A stretch of DNA of 23,787 bases from an uncultured Methanosarcinales archaeon (GCA_964535955.1 CAZHVK010000005.1:124001-147787), one strand, 5' to 3'; numbered from the stretch's first letter, positions 7,055 through 16,211 are shown. Made by a program: numbers and translations. The notes: a model not told the origin generated them from the sequence alone.

Positions 7055-8974
7055 TTATTTTCTGCCTTTTTGATACTCATACAAATCTTTTACTTCTGAT
7101 AATTTTGCTATTTCAGAAACTGGTTTATCGTGTCTAAGTTTCATAATCCTTGGAAAACGTAATGCATAACCTGATAAATAGGTTGTAGATGCTTGGATCT
7201 CTTCATAATTAAGTTCAACAATTATCTTAGGTTTTACTTTGACTGTTTTGCCTTTTTCTGATATTATCAAAGGTTTTAGTAATTGTGTTAGTTCTTCAAA
7301 TGTAACATCTTCGTCAACTTCTTTTTTTTCTTTAACACCTGTGCCAACCTTGCCAATCTCTACCAGATCATCACCTTTTCTACAAGCAAGAATAAATGAT
7401 GATAACCATTTTGATCTCTTGCCTTCACCCCAGATTGCACCAACAATTACTAAATCTAATTCTTTCATAACTGGTTTTACTTTCATGCCATAGCCAACCC
7501 TAGCCCCTGGTTTGTAAGGAGCATCTAGTTTTTTTGCCATAACACCTTCTTCACCAACTTTTAATGCTTCATCGTAGAAAGACTGAGCTTTTTTCAAATC
7601 ATCTGTTATTAATTGTTTTGCAATACCTATCTTATGCTTTACTGATTTGATTATATTTTCTAATAATATTCTCCGTGATTTAAATTGTTCTGTAAGAAGT
7701 GATTTCCCATTTAATTCTAATATATCAAAAACATCTAATTTAACAGGAATCTTTTTTGCAACTTCTTTAATATCATGTTTTCTTTTAATTCTTTGAGAAA
7801 TTTTTTGGAATGGCAAATATTTTTTTGTCTTAGGATCAATACCAAGAACTTCACCATCTATAATATAATGTTTTGATTTTATATTTGTTTTAACAATCTC
7901 AACAATGTCTGGAAATTGTTTTGTAACATTTTCTAATCTTCTTGTAAATAATTTTATTTCATCTTTGTTTCTGTGAATTAATAACCTAAAGCCATCATAC
8001 TTGTATTCAAATGCACAAGGCCGGCCCAACCTATCAAATGCTTCTTCTAAGGATTGTGCTTTTAAGAATAGCATAACCTTAATAGGTTTTCCAGGGATTA
8101 ATGGTAAATTTCTTAATCCAGTAATGCCTTTTTCTTTTGAAAGTTTTGCAACAATTGCTAAATCATTTGTCAAATCAATTGCATGTTGTACCTTTTCCAC
8201 CAAATAATTGTAAAGTTGTCGTGCTGTTTTATCATCAGGTGCTTGAATTAAATCATATTTAGACAAATTGTTTTTTTCTAACTGTTTTGGAGTGTTTATT
8301 CTTAGAACTGCTAGTTTTTTATGATCATATTCTGTTTTTATATCTAATTCTTTATTGCAGTTTAAACAATGTTTGGTCTTTGGTGAAAAGTTTTTACAAT
8401 GTTTACAATAGAAAAATATTTTTTCAATAGGTGGGAAAAAAGCCCAGACTATTGCATCTCTTAAACTTCCTTCACCAACACCTATCCTCATTTCTTCTGT
8501 AATAGTCCTTACAATGTATTTTGCTTCACTTGGTTTTGCACTTGTTAATAATTCTGATATAAGTTTTAGCTTTATATCTTGTGAACCAATGCCTGTGATT
8601 GTTGATAGTTTTTGAAGATTGTTGAAAACCTTTTTTATTGTTAAGTTTGTTGAGAATAATGTTGATTGTTTTTTTCTATCTACTAATTTCTCTGCTACTA
8701 ATCCAATACCACCTAGTTTTTTCCATTCTTTTATGATCTTATCATTGTTTATACCAGTTGCAATGTTAAGTGATTTTGCAACTAGTTTAGATGAAACACC
8801 TATTTTTGTCTGGTCATATGTAGGAAAAACTTTTCCTTGTAATAAAAGCATTATAATGCCTAAATCATCTGTCTTTGTTTTTTTTAGAAATTGAGCTATA
8901 TGATAAATCTTGTCTAGTCTCTTTGATGTTGAGTCTAGTTTTTCATATAGTTGGATTAGTTTTGAGTATTGCAT
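7055..8974 (-). CDS. lig: ATP-dependent DNA ligase with a Zn-ribbon-containing insertion
   Basis: Motif I EYKYDGFR, III IIDGEV, IIIa VFDIL, IV EGVMAK, V MKVKP, VI LRFPR....R.DK. Confidence 0.97.
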   Translation of the reverse strand: MQYSKLIQLYEKLDSTSKRLDKIYHIAQFLKKTKTDDLGIIMLLLQGKVFPTYDQTKIGVSSKLVAKSLNIATGINNDKIIKEWKKLGGIGLVAEKLVDRKKQSTLFSTNLTIKKVFNNLQKLSTITGIGSQDIKLKLISELLTSAKPSEAKYIVRTITEEMRIGVGEGSLRDAIVWAFFPPIEKIFFYCKHCKNFSPKTKHCLNCNKELDIKTEYDHKKLAVLRINTPKQLEKNNLSKYDLIQAPDDKTARQLYNYLVEKVQHAIDLTNDLAIVAKLSKEKGITGLRNLPLIPGKPIKVMLFLKAQSLEEAFDRLGRPCAFEYKYDGFRLLIHRNKDEIKLFTRRLENVTKQFPDIVEIVKTNIKSKHYIIDGEVLGIDPKTKKYLPFQKISQRIKRKHDIKEVAKKIPVKLDVFDILELNGKSLLTEQFKSRRILLENIIKSVKHKIGIAKQLITDDLKKAQSFYDEALKVGEEGVMAKKLDAPYKPGARVGYGMKVKPVMKELDLVIVGAIWGEGKRSKWLSSFILACRKGDDLVEIGKVGTGVKEKKEVDEDVTFEELTQLLKPLIISEKGKTVKVKPKIIVELNYEEIQASTTYLSGYALRFPRIMKLRHDKPVSEIAKLSEVKDLYEYQKGRK

Positions 8975-9052
8975 GTATGGGATAAGGAGGGATGAGTTTA
9001 TTAATGTTTTGCCGAAACATATTTATACTACAAAGTTTATTTACAAATAGAG

Positions 9053-10033
9053 ATGAAACCAGAACAAATGAAACAGATTCTTGCAACTGTTATTATTGTA
9101 GTTATAGGAGTATTTATTTTATATGCATTATTTCCATATATAAGTGCGTTTGCAGGAGCATTAGTATTATTTGTTTTATTATTTCCTATTAATAATTATC
9201 TGAGAAAGAAAATTGGTAAAAAGTTTTCTGCTTTATTATGTGTTTTATTGTCTATCTTAATTATTATTGTGCCTTTATTCTCTATATCAAATATGCTGAT
9301 TATAGAGGTTTCATCAATTGCTAAAGATACAGGGTTTGTAGAAGGAATGTTTGAAAAAATAGGCACACAAATAGATATTCAACAAAGTTTGTCTGAAATA
9401 TTAATATATGTTAAACAAGGAATAACAAAGTCTGTTAATTCATTTTTTGGTTCTGCAATTCATTTTGTTGTGTCATCAATAATCTTATTCTTTACATTGT
9501 TTTTTCTCTTGCTTAAACCAGATGAATTTATTAAAACAATACAAGAAAATCTTCCATTCAATTATAAAAATTCTAAAGAATTAATGGATGAATTTGTCAA
9601 TGTAACAAAATCAACTGTTATTGGAATGGGTTTAATAGCAATTGTGCAAGGTATATTGTTAGGACTAGGATTCTTTATATTTGGGATACAAGGAGCTGTA
9701 TTCTGGGGTTTTGTAGGAGCTGTGTTATCATTCTTGCCTGTTGTAGGTGTTACCTTTATTTGGGTTCCTGTATGTATGTACCAATTATTTGTTGGTAATG
9801 TTTTTGCTGGGATTGGCTTATTATTATGGGCATTAATAATTATAACTGGGTCTGAATATGTAATGAGACCTTATATATCAAAGAAAATAGCTAAATTGCA
9901 TCCATTGATTACTTTAATAGGTGTATTTATTGGACTGCCTTATTTTGGTATTTTTGGTATATTGGTTGGACCTTTGTTGCTTTCTTATCTGTTTTTATTA
10001 GCTAAGATGTATGGTGAAGAGTATTTGGGTTAG
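9053..10033 (+). CDS. AI-2E family transporter (UPF0118/PerM-like)
   Basis: Multi-TM protein with the motifs AIVQG, LSFLPVVG, RP...K.A.LHPL.TLIGVFIG...FG..G.LVGP. Confidence 0.92.
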   Translation: MKPEQMKQILATVIIVVIGVFILYALFPYISAFAGALVLFVLLFPINNYLRKKIGKKFSALLCVLLSILIIIVPLFSISNMLIIEVSSIAKDTGFVEGMFEKIGTQIDIQQSLSEILIYVKQGITKSVNSFFGSAIHFVVSSIILFFTLFFLLLKPDEFIKTIQENLPFNYKNSKELMDEFVNVTKSTVIGMGLIAIVQGILLGLGFFIFGIQGAVFWGFVGAVLSFLPVVGVTFIWVPVCMYQLFVGNVFAGIGLLLWALIIITGSEYVMRPYISKKIAKLHPLITLIGVFIGLPYFGIFGILVGPLLLSYLFLLAKMYGEEYLG

Positions 10034-10064
10034 ATTTATAAACTATTATTCCTACCCTAAATAC

Positions 10065-10458
10065 AACATAGGAAACTGCTTAACTGACGGCACTATGTGC
10101 TGAAGAAAGTCCATCCACTGCTGGCAGAGTTTTTTAATGAAAACTTATGTCTTAAAATGCTACTCACTCAAGTGTCAGAAATCAAAGATTTCTGATCACG
10201 ATCATGAATCTTTGATTCATGACGTGAGATCCTTAATAGGATGGTAAAGGCTCAGAAACGGCACGGCCTTAAGAATGGAATGATGTGGTGAAGTTTCAGG
10301 TGACTGGAATGAGGCCCCACAGACGTCTCTTAAGGAAACGATGAAACGGCGATTCCTTAGCAAGTGAAAGTCAGAATGACGAATAGTAGAATGTTAAGAC
10401 AGCCTGTTCATGACAAGTTGTGAAGGCTGATAAAAGGTGGCTTACTGTTTCCTATGTT
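10065..10458 (+). ncRNA. rnpB: Archaeal RNase P RNA
   Basis: P1 AACATAGGAAAC/GTTTCCTATGTT; CR-I GAAGAAAGTCCATC (10102-10115) pairing with CR-V AAAAGGTGGCTTA (P4 with bulged U); P2 CTTAAC/GTTAAG; CR-II CAGAAAC; CR-III ATGAAAC; TATA at 10035-10042; T-tract after 10460. Confidence 0.92.
10175..10222. repeat. Inverted doublet of 21-bp palindromes within rnpB
   Basis: TCAGAAATC-AAA-GATTTCTGA (10175-10195) and TCATGAATC-TTT-GATTCATGA (10202-10222). Confidence 0.85.
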
Positions 10459-10511
10459 ATTTTTTTATTTTATAGTTAAATATATAAATCAATTAATATT
10501 TTGATGTTAAT

Positions 10512-10691
10512 ATGGCAAGAGATAATAAAATGAGAATGCCTTCAGGCATGGGTGGCTTGGTAAGGTATTTTGATGATTATAAATCTAAAATAGAATTTAA
10601 ACCACAACATGTAATTATACTTGTGATAATTGTTTTAATAATTGAAATTATATTGCACTTATATGGCTATGGTTGGTTTGGATTGAATTAA
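10512..10691 (+). CDS. secG: Preprotein translocase subunit Sec61beta/SecG (59 aa)
   Basis: Translated by hand as MARDNKMRMPSGMGGLVRYFDDYKSKIEFKPQHVIILVIIVLIIEIILHLYG...; carries the GL.RYFD...KI...P..V signature and one TM helix. Confidence 0.93.
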   Translation: MARDNKMRMPSGMGGLVRYFDDYKSKIEFKPQHVIILVIIVLIIEIILHLYGYGWFGLN

Positions 10692-10703
10692 GTCTTTCTA
10701 ATT

Positions 10704-13700
10704 ATGACTCATACAGTAATCCCTAGTACAACAAATAATTCTGTACTTGATCTTGCTTTAGACACAATTGCAAAAGAAAAGCAAGCTCTTGTCTTTGTTA
10801 ATTCTAAAAGAAGTGCTGAAAAAACTGCAGAGGATTTATCGCGGCAGGTTAAAAATGTTGTATTAAATGAGTTAAGTGAGAAAATATTGCATGCTTTAAC
10901 AAAACCTACCAAACAATGCGAAAGATTAGCTAAGTGTATTAAAAATGGAATAGCATTTCATCATGCTGGTCTTGTTCATAAGCAGAAAGAGTTGATTGAA
11001 GATGAATTTCGAAGTGGGAAGGTTAAAGTAATTTGTTGCACACCTACTTTATGTTTATCTAAAGATACTAAAATATGGCATGAAATGTCTGAAACCAATG
11101 TGTCTAAGTTTCGAAATTCTAATCCACTTTTTGTGCTTTCCAAAACTGAGTTGGTCAGTATGAAATCACAAAAAGTTCAAAAGATTGAGAATTCCTCAAA
11201 ACTTATTCAGATTAGTTCAGTTTCTGGCTATTCAATAAAAGTAACTCCTAATCATAGGATACTCATCAAGAGAAATAAGAAAAAATTGATATTAGAAGCT
11301 AATAAAATTAAGAAAAGTGATAAAATAGCAACAATTGGTAAGCTAAATATTTCTAAGATGTTTATTCCAGCTATCAGTGACTTTGTTATTGACAATGAAG
11401 TGCCAATCTTTAATTATAAATTTGGCCCAAAATTATCTTATTTTATTGGAGCAATGTTGGGTGATGGTTATTCTGGAGCAGAAACAATAACTGATAAGAT
11501 AAAATATAAAGGATCACCAATGATTGTAGGAATTGACAAAGAAATATTTGAACATACAATTAGATTATGTAGGAAATTTAAATTAAATTGCAGAGAAACT
11601 AAATCACAACATGGTACTCCTCAACTTGTTTTAAGCAAAACTAAATGGTTTAGAGAATTTTTAGTAAGATGTGGTGTAGAAAAAGGTGAAAATAAGCACA
11701 TTTCTGAAAAATTAATTACAATGAGTTTAGAAAATACTTCATGGTTATTAAAAGGATTGTTTGATACAGATGGATGTGTAGAAAAATCAAGAAAAATAAG
11801 TTTTAGTAATATTTCAGAGAAGTTGATTAAACAAATGCAAAAATTATTACTTAGATATGAGATAGTAACTAGTATAAGAGTTAAACCAGCTTCAACTATG
11901 AAGATTTATGGAAAAGAATATAAAACTAAAAAACAATTTGAATTATTAATAACTAATAAGAAATGTATTCTTGATTTTTATAGGTATATTGGATTTAATT
12001 TAAAGAGAAAACAGGATGATTTAATCAATTTAATAGCTAAAATAACGGCAAATGTTAATTGTTTTGAGTGTAAGAAATGTAAATATAAATTATATAATAA
12101 TTTATTTTCAGGTAGAAGCAAGGAACATAAGAAATGGGCTTTGACAAAACTAAAAGTAATAAAACTGTTAGCAGAAAAAGGGGAACTTGGTTCTAGAGAA
12201 TTATCTAAAATGCTTGAATGTTTGCCTAGAAAGAAAGAAAATAGATTAAATCATCATTATGAACTAATTAAGAAAAGAAGGGTTGGTTCAAGAAGTACAA
12301 CAGAATGGTGTTGGAGTCTTAATGAAATTGGTAAATGGGTTTATGAAAATATTATTAGTAAAAATAAACAAATATTTGAATTTTTGAAAATCAGAAAATG
12401 TCCTATTTGTGATTCTGAATTAGAGATTTATATTAAAAAAGGTTGGAGAGACTCTGATTTTGAAGGAGATATTTATTGGGATTTTATAAGAAATGTTAAA
12501 GAAGTTGATATTGAAGATGAAGTATATGATATTATTTTACCAAATAAACCTAAAAATGATCACATGTTTGTAGCAGATGGTTTTATTGTTCATAATTCTG
12601 CTGGTGTTGATTTGCCTGCGTTTAGAACCATAATAAAAGATCTAAGAAGATATAGTTCTCGTGGTTTAAACTGGATACCTGTTTTAGAATATGAACAACA
12701 AGCTGGACGTGCTGGTAGACCAAGTTATGATGATTATGGAGAAGCTATATGTATTGCTGTAACTGATACAGCTAAGAAAGAGATTGTTCGTAGATATGTC
12801 AAAGGTTCTGTTGAAGAGATTTATTCTAAATTAGCTGTTGAACCTGTTTTAAGAACATATGTTTTATCATTGATTTCTTCTGGGTTTATTACATCTCGTT
12901 CTGATCTTATTGACTTTTTTTCAAAAACATTTTATGCTTATCAATTTAAAGATATGGATAAGATAAAAAGAATAATGGATAAGATGATTCATCTTTTGAC
13001 TAAGTTTGAGTTTATTATGAGAGTTGATGTTGAAGATGAAGAATTTAATAATGAAAATGAGAAAAATGAAAATAATGAATTTGTTAGTGCAAATGAATTA
13101 AATGAAAAAGATAATGATAATCAACATTATAAAGCAACAATCATAGGTAAAAGGGTTGCTCAGTTGTACATAGACCCATTAACAGCTCATTACCTGATTA
13201 AACATGTTAAAAAAGATAAAAGTAAAAATGAAATTAGTTTTTTACAACTGATTTCACACACACTTGAGTTGCGGCCTTTGTTAAAGGTTCGTAATAAAGA
13301 TATTGATGAAGTTAATGGATTCTTGTTAAAATATAATTATTATATATTAGAGAATGAACCAGAAATATATGATCCTGAATATGATGGATTTCTTTGTTCT
13401 GTTAAAACTGCAATGTTTTTCTATGATTGGATAAATGAAAAAGATGAAGAATTTTTATTAGAAAAATATAATACAAGGCCTGGAGAGATTAAAGTTAAAT
13501 TAGATATTGCAGACTGGTTACTTTATTCTACAGAAGAATTATGTAAGTTGTTAAAGATACATCCTGTTGTAAAAGATATTGTTAATCTTCGGATTAGGCT
13601 TAAGTTTGGTGTTCGTGCTGAACTTCTTGGGTTGCTTCGTTTGAAGAACATTGGAAGAGTTAGAGCACGTAAGTTGCATTATAATAAGGTAAAGACAATT

Positions 13701-13862
13701 GAAGATGTTAAGAAATGTGATTTAAGTAAATTAGTTCAAATCTTAGGTAAAAAGACAGCTATTGATGTTAAGGAACAGGTAGGTATAAAGGTTGATTTAA
13801 GTGAGATTACTGTAAAAGAAAATAAAAGGATTGGTCAGAGTAGTTTGTTGGATTATTCATAA
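10704..13862 (+). CDS. hel308: Hel308/Hjm (Ski2-like) helicase lacking the N-terminal RecA1 domain; intein-containing (537 aa after splicing)
   Basis: Motif IV QALVFVNSKR, IAFHHAGL, motif V TPTL|SAGVDLPA, motif VI QQAGRAGRP, winged helix, ratchet, and HhH domain with GRVRARKL. No Walker A or DExH motif. Confidence 0.88.
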   Translation: MTHTVIPSTTNNSVLDLALDTIAKEKQALVFVNSKRSAEKTAEDLSRQVKNVVLNELSEKILHALTKPTKQCERLAKCIKNGIAFHHAGLVHKQKELIEDEFRSGKVKVICCTPTLCLSKDTKIWHEMSETNVSKFRNSNPLFVLSKTELVSMKSQKVQKIENSSKLIQISSVSGYSIKVTPNHRILIKRNKKKLILEANKIKKSDKIATIGKLNISKMFIPAISDFVIDNEVPIFNYKFGPKLSYFIGAMLGDGYSGAETITDKIKYKGSPMIVGIDKEIFEHTIRLCRKFKLNCRETKSQHGTPQLVLSKTKWFREFLVRCGVEKGENKHISEKLITMSLENTSWLLKGLFDTDGCVEKSRKISFSNISEKLIKQMQKLLLRYEIVTSIRVKPASTMKIYGKEYKTKKQFELLITNKKCILDFYRYIGFNLKRKQDDLINLIAKITANVNCFECKKCKYKLYNNLFSGRSKEHKKWALTKLKVIKLLAEKGELGSRELSKMLECLPRKKENRLNHHYELIKKRRVGSRSTTEWCWSLNEIGKWVYENIISKNKQIFEFLKIRKCPICDSELEIYIKKGWRDSDFEGDIYWDFIRNVKEVDIEDEVYDIILPNKPKNDHMFVADGFIVHNSAGVDLPAFRTIIKDLRRYSSRGLNWIPVLEYEQQAGRAGRPSYDDYGEAICIAVTDTAKKEIVRRYVKGSVEEIYSKLAVEPVLRTYVLSLISSGFITSRSDLIDFFSKTFYAYQFKDMDKIKRIMDKMIHLLTKFEFIMRVDVEDEEFNNENEKNENNEFVSANELNEKDNDNQHYKATIIGKRVAQLYIDPLTAHYLIKHVKKDKSKNEISFLQLISHTLELRPLLKVRNKDIDEVNGFLLKYNYYILENEPEIYDPEYDGFLCSVKTAMFFYDWINEKDEEFLLEKYNTRPGEIKVKLDIADWLLYSTEELCKLLKIHPVVKDIVNLRIRLKFGVRAELLGLLRLKNIGRVRARKLHYNKVKTIEDVKKCDLSKLVQILGKKTAIDVKEQVGIKVDLSEITVKENKRIGQSSLLDYS
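11052..12596 (+). mobile_element. Intein (515 aa) with LAGLIDADG homing endonuclease, inserted in helicase motif V
   Basis: N-terminal CL, block B VTPNH, endonuclease motifs YFIGAMLGDG and LLKGLFDTDG, block F VYDI, C-terminal IVHN followed by Ser at +1. Confidence 0.96.
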
Positions 13863-14212
13863 TTTTTTAATATTTGTACTAGATCAGAAGGCATGAATGG
13901 TTTTGCTATTATGCCTTTGGCACCATATTTCATAATATCATGTCTTTCTTGAGATGTTGCTCCACCAGTCATACCATACATAATAAGTTCAGAATATAAT
14001 TCTTTTGATTTACGAATAAGTTCATCTCCTTGCATATTAGGCATATTTATATCAGTAAACAAAACCTTAATATCAGGATTTTGTCTTAGAACTTCTAAAG
14101 CTTCTAAACCATCTCCTGCTTGTAAAACTTCATAGCCTGATTTGTTAATAACCATTGCTCCAAATTGGCGTGGAACTTCTTCATCATCTACAATTAATAC
14201 TTTGTATGTCAT
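13853..14212 (-). CDS. Stand-alone response regulator receiver (CheY-like)
   Basis: VLIVDDE, phosphoacceptor FTDINMP, MTG and AKPF. Confidence 0.93.
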   Translation of the reverse strand: MTYKVLIVDDEEVPRQFGAMVINKSGYEVLQAGDGLEALEVLRQNPDIKVLFTDINMPNMQGDELIRKSKELYSELIMYGMTGGATSQERHDIMKYGAKGIIAKPFMPSDLVQILKNYE

Positions 14213-14273
14213 ATTGTGTCTGGGTTTATAGATTTACATATAAATGTTTAGTTTTTTATTATGTACTAATAAA

Positions 14274-15386
14274 TCAACCAAGAACTTTTTCCAACAAACT
14301 TTTCTTTTTATTTAATTTGCCAAAGTCTTTTAAAAGTTGTTTTTGTTTTTTAGTTAGCTTCTTAGGAACATCAATTATAACTCTAACATTTTGTGAGCCT
14401 GTGCCATAACCTCTCAGATTAGGTATGCCTTTGTTCTTCATTCTAAATACAGTGTTTGATTGTGTACCTGAAGGAATCTTTAAAGTTGCTTTGCCTTCTA
14501 ATGTAGGAATTTCAATAGTTCCACCTAATGTAGCTGTGACAAAAGAAACAGGCATTTCTAAAAATATGTCATCCCCTCTTCTTTCAAAGATTTTATGCTG
14601 TTTTACTCTAAGCAAAACATATAAGTCACCAGAAGGTCCACCTTTTACACCTGCTTCACCTTCTCCTGCTACTCTTAATCTAGTTCCACTATCAACACCT
14701 GCTGGTATCTTGATTGGAATCTTTTTTGTTTTTCTTATCCTTCCTGTACCATCACATACATTGCAAGGATCTTTTATTATTTGACCTTCTCCATAACATT
14801 TTCTACAAGTTGTTGTTGTTTGAACAGTCATACCTAAAAATACTTTTTGCATCTTTTGGATCATGCCAGAACCATGACAATCTGGACATATTTTTACATC
14901 TGACTTAGATTTCGCACCTGTACCTTCACATTTTGTGCATGAGACCATTTTAGTTATGGCTATTGTTTTTTTTACTCCTGTTGCAGCTTGTTCTAATGTT
15001 ATTTCTAAGCCATATTGAAGATCAGCACCTCTTAAGACTCTTTTTCCACTTCTTCTTCCACCACCAAACATACTTCCTGCAAATATTGATTCAAATAAGT
15101 CACCAAAATCAAAGTTGCCACCATCAAAATTTCTATAATCAAATCCTGAAAAACCTTGACCACCAAAGTCTGCAGTACCAAACCTATCATATTGTTCTTT
15201 TTTCTTTGGATCACCTAGAACAGCTGCTGCTTCGTTTATTTCTTTGAACTTTTCTTCTGCTTGTTTATCATCTTTGTTCAAGTCAGGGTGATATTTTTTT
15301 GCTAGTTTTTTGTATGCTTTCTTGATTTCTTCTCTAGTTGAATCTTTTGAAACTCCTAGGATTTGGTAGTAGTCTTTTTTAGTCAT
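14274..15386 (-). CDS. dnaJ: Chaperone DnaJ
   Basis: J-domain HPD, G/F-rich region, four CxxCxGxG repeats and the C-terminal domain. Confidence 0.98.
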   Translation of the reverse strand: MTKKDYYQILGVSKDSTREEIKKAYKKLAKKYHPDLNKDDKQAEEKFKEINEAAAVLGDPKKKEQYDRFGTADFGGQGFSGFDYRNFDGGNFDFGDLFESIFAGSMFGGGRRSGKRVLRGADLQYGLEITLEQAATGVKKTIAITKMVSCTKCEGTGAKSKSDVKICPDCHGSGMIQKMQKVFLGMTVQTTTTCRKCYGEGQIIKDPCNVCDGTGRIRKTKKIPIKIPAGVDSGTRLRVAGEGEAGVKGGPSGDLYVLLRVKQHKIFERRGDDIFLEMPVSFVTATLGGTIEIPTLEGKATLKIPSGTQSNTVFRMKNKGIPNLRGYGTGSQNVRVIIDVPKKLTKKQKQLLKDFGKLNKKKSLLEKVLG

Positions 15387-15387
15387 G

Positions 15388-15924
15388 TTATTTTGAGATT
15401 TTTTGTGCTAAGTTTTTTAGTAGTTCTATTACTTCTTTATTATCATCAAGATCTTTTGGACCTTCTGCTTTTGCCAGAACACTACCTATAAGATCTAGGT
15501 CAAAAGTGTTGCAATAATTAGTCAAAATCTTTTTACACCATTCAGTGCTGTTTAAATCTTGTCCGCCAACAGCAACGAAAGCAAATTTTTTTCCTTTTAA
15601 CTTATTAGGATCGATCATCTCATTCGTTCTATCAATAAAAATCTTCATCATTCCTGAAACATTTCTAAAATAATTAGGAGTTCCATAGATTATAACATCT
15701 GCATCTTTTAATTTAGAAATTATTTGTTTCATGTCATCATCTATGTAACAAGGTTCTTCAGATTGATAACATTTGTCACAACCAGTACAATGCTTAACAT
15801 CTTTTTCCCTCAATAAAATAAGTTCTGTTTCAGCACCTTTTGCTTTACATTCATCCAAAACAGTTCTTAACATAAATTCTGTATTACCTTTTCTTGGTGA
15901 TCCGCATATTGCTAGTATTTTCAT
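15388..15924 (-). CDS. Iron-sulfur flavoprotein / NADPH-dependent FMN reductase (multimeric flavodoxin family)
   Basis: [10 protein letters not shown], CxxCxxC-x6-C ([14 protein letters not shown]), DDM, GTPNYF and KIFIDR. Confidence 0.92.
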   Translation of the reverse strand: MKILAICGSPRKGNTEFMLRTVLDECKAKGAETELILLREKDVKHCTGCDKCYQSEEPCYIDDDMKQIISKLKDADVIIYGTPNYFRNVSGMMKIFIDRTNEMIDPNKLKGKKFAFVAVGGQDLNSTEWCKKILTNYCNTFDLDLIGSVLAKAEGPKDLDDNKEVIELLKNLAQKISK

Positions 15925-16082
15925 TATTCAAACCTCCCTTTTACCTTAAACTCTTCCTTGTTTACAACTTCTTGTATATTCTGTGCAATCTTCCTCTCAA
16001 CAGATCTGTTAGCCATTATAAATCTAGTTAGATAAAAAACTAAGAACAATACTCCTGCATATATTAACCAATTGTTTTCCAT
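15924..16082 (-). CDS. Small single-TM protein, 52 aa (MENNWLIYAGVLFLVFYLTRFIMANRSVERKIAQNIQEVVNKEEFKVKGRFE)
   Basis: Translated by hand. SD AGGTGA upstream, and its stop overlaps the flavoprotein start (TAATG). Confidence 0.8.
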   Translation of the reverse strand: MENNWLIYAGVLFLVFYLTRFIMANRSVERKIAQNIQEVVNKEEFKVKGRFE

Positions 16083-16088
16083 TGTTTT

Positions 16089-16153
16089 GTCACCTTAATA
16101 AAATGCGATAGCCAAGGAAAAAGAGGTGACTTTTAAAAACCTCGACTATCACA
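16089..16153 (-). promoter_or_regulatory. 14-bp RNA hairpin with an anti-SD loop upstream of the 52-aa ORF
   Basis: Minus-strand UGUGAUAGUCGAGG/CCUUGGCUAUCGCA pairs fully, including 3 G-U pairs. The loop sequence GUCACCU is complementary to the downstream AGGUGAC. Confidence 0.65.
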
Positions 16154-16211
16154 CCTTTTTTTTAAAAAATGTGAGATTATGAAACTACTCTTTTGTAATT
16201 TCTTTTTTTAC

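Noticed and set aside
10512..10704. secG and the helicase are in the same frame, suggesting a possible readthrough fusion
   Set aside because: This has a one-in-three chance, the stop is TAA with no recoding signal, and fusion would not restore RecA1.
13025..13125. Asn/Glu-rich AATGAA-like micro-repeats in the helicase winged-helix region
   Set aside because: This is an in-frame low-complexity loop with no evidence of a mobile or phase-variable repeat.
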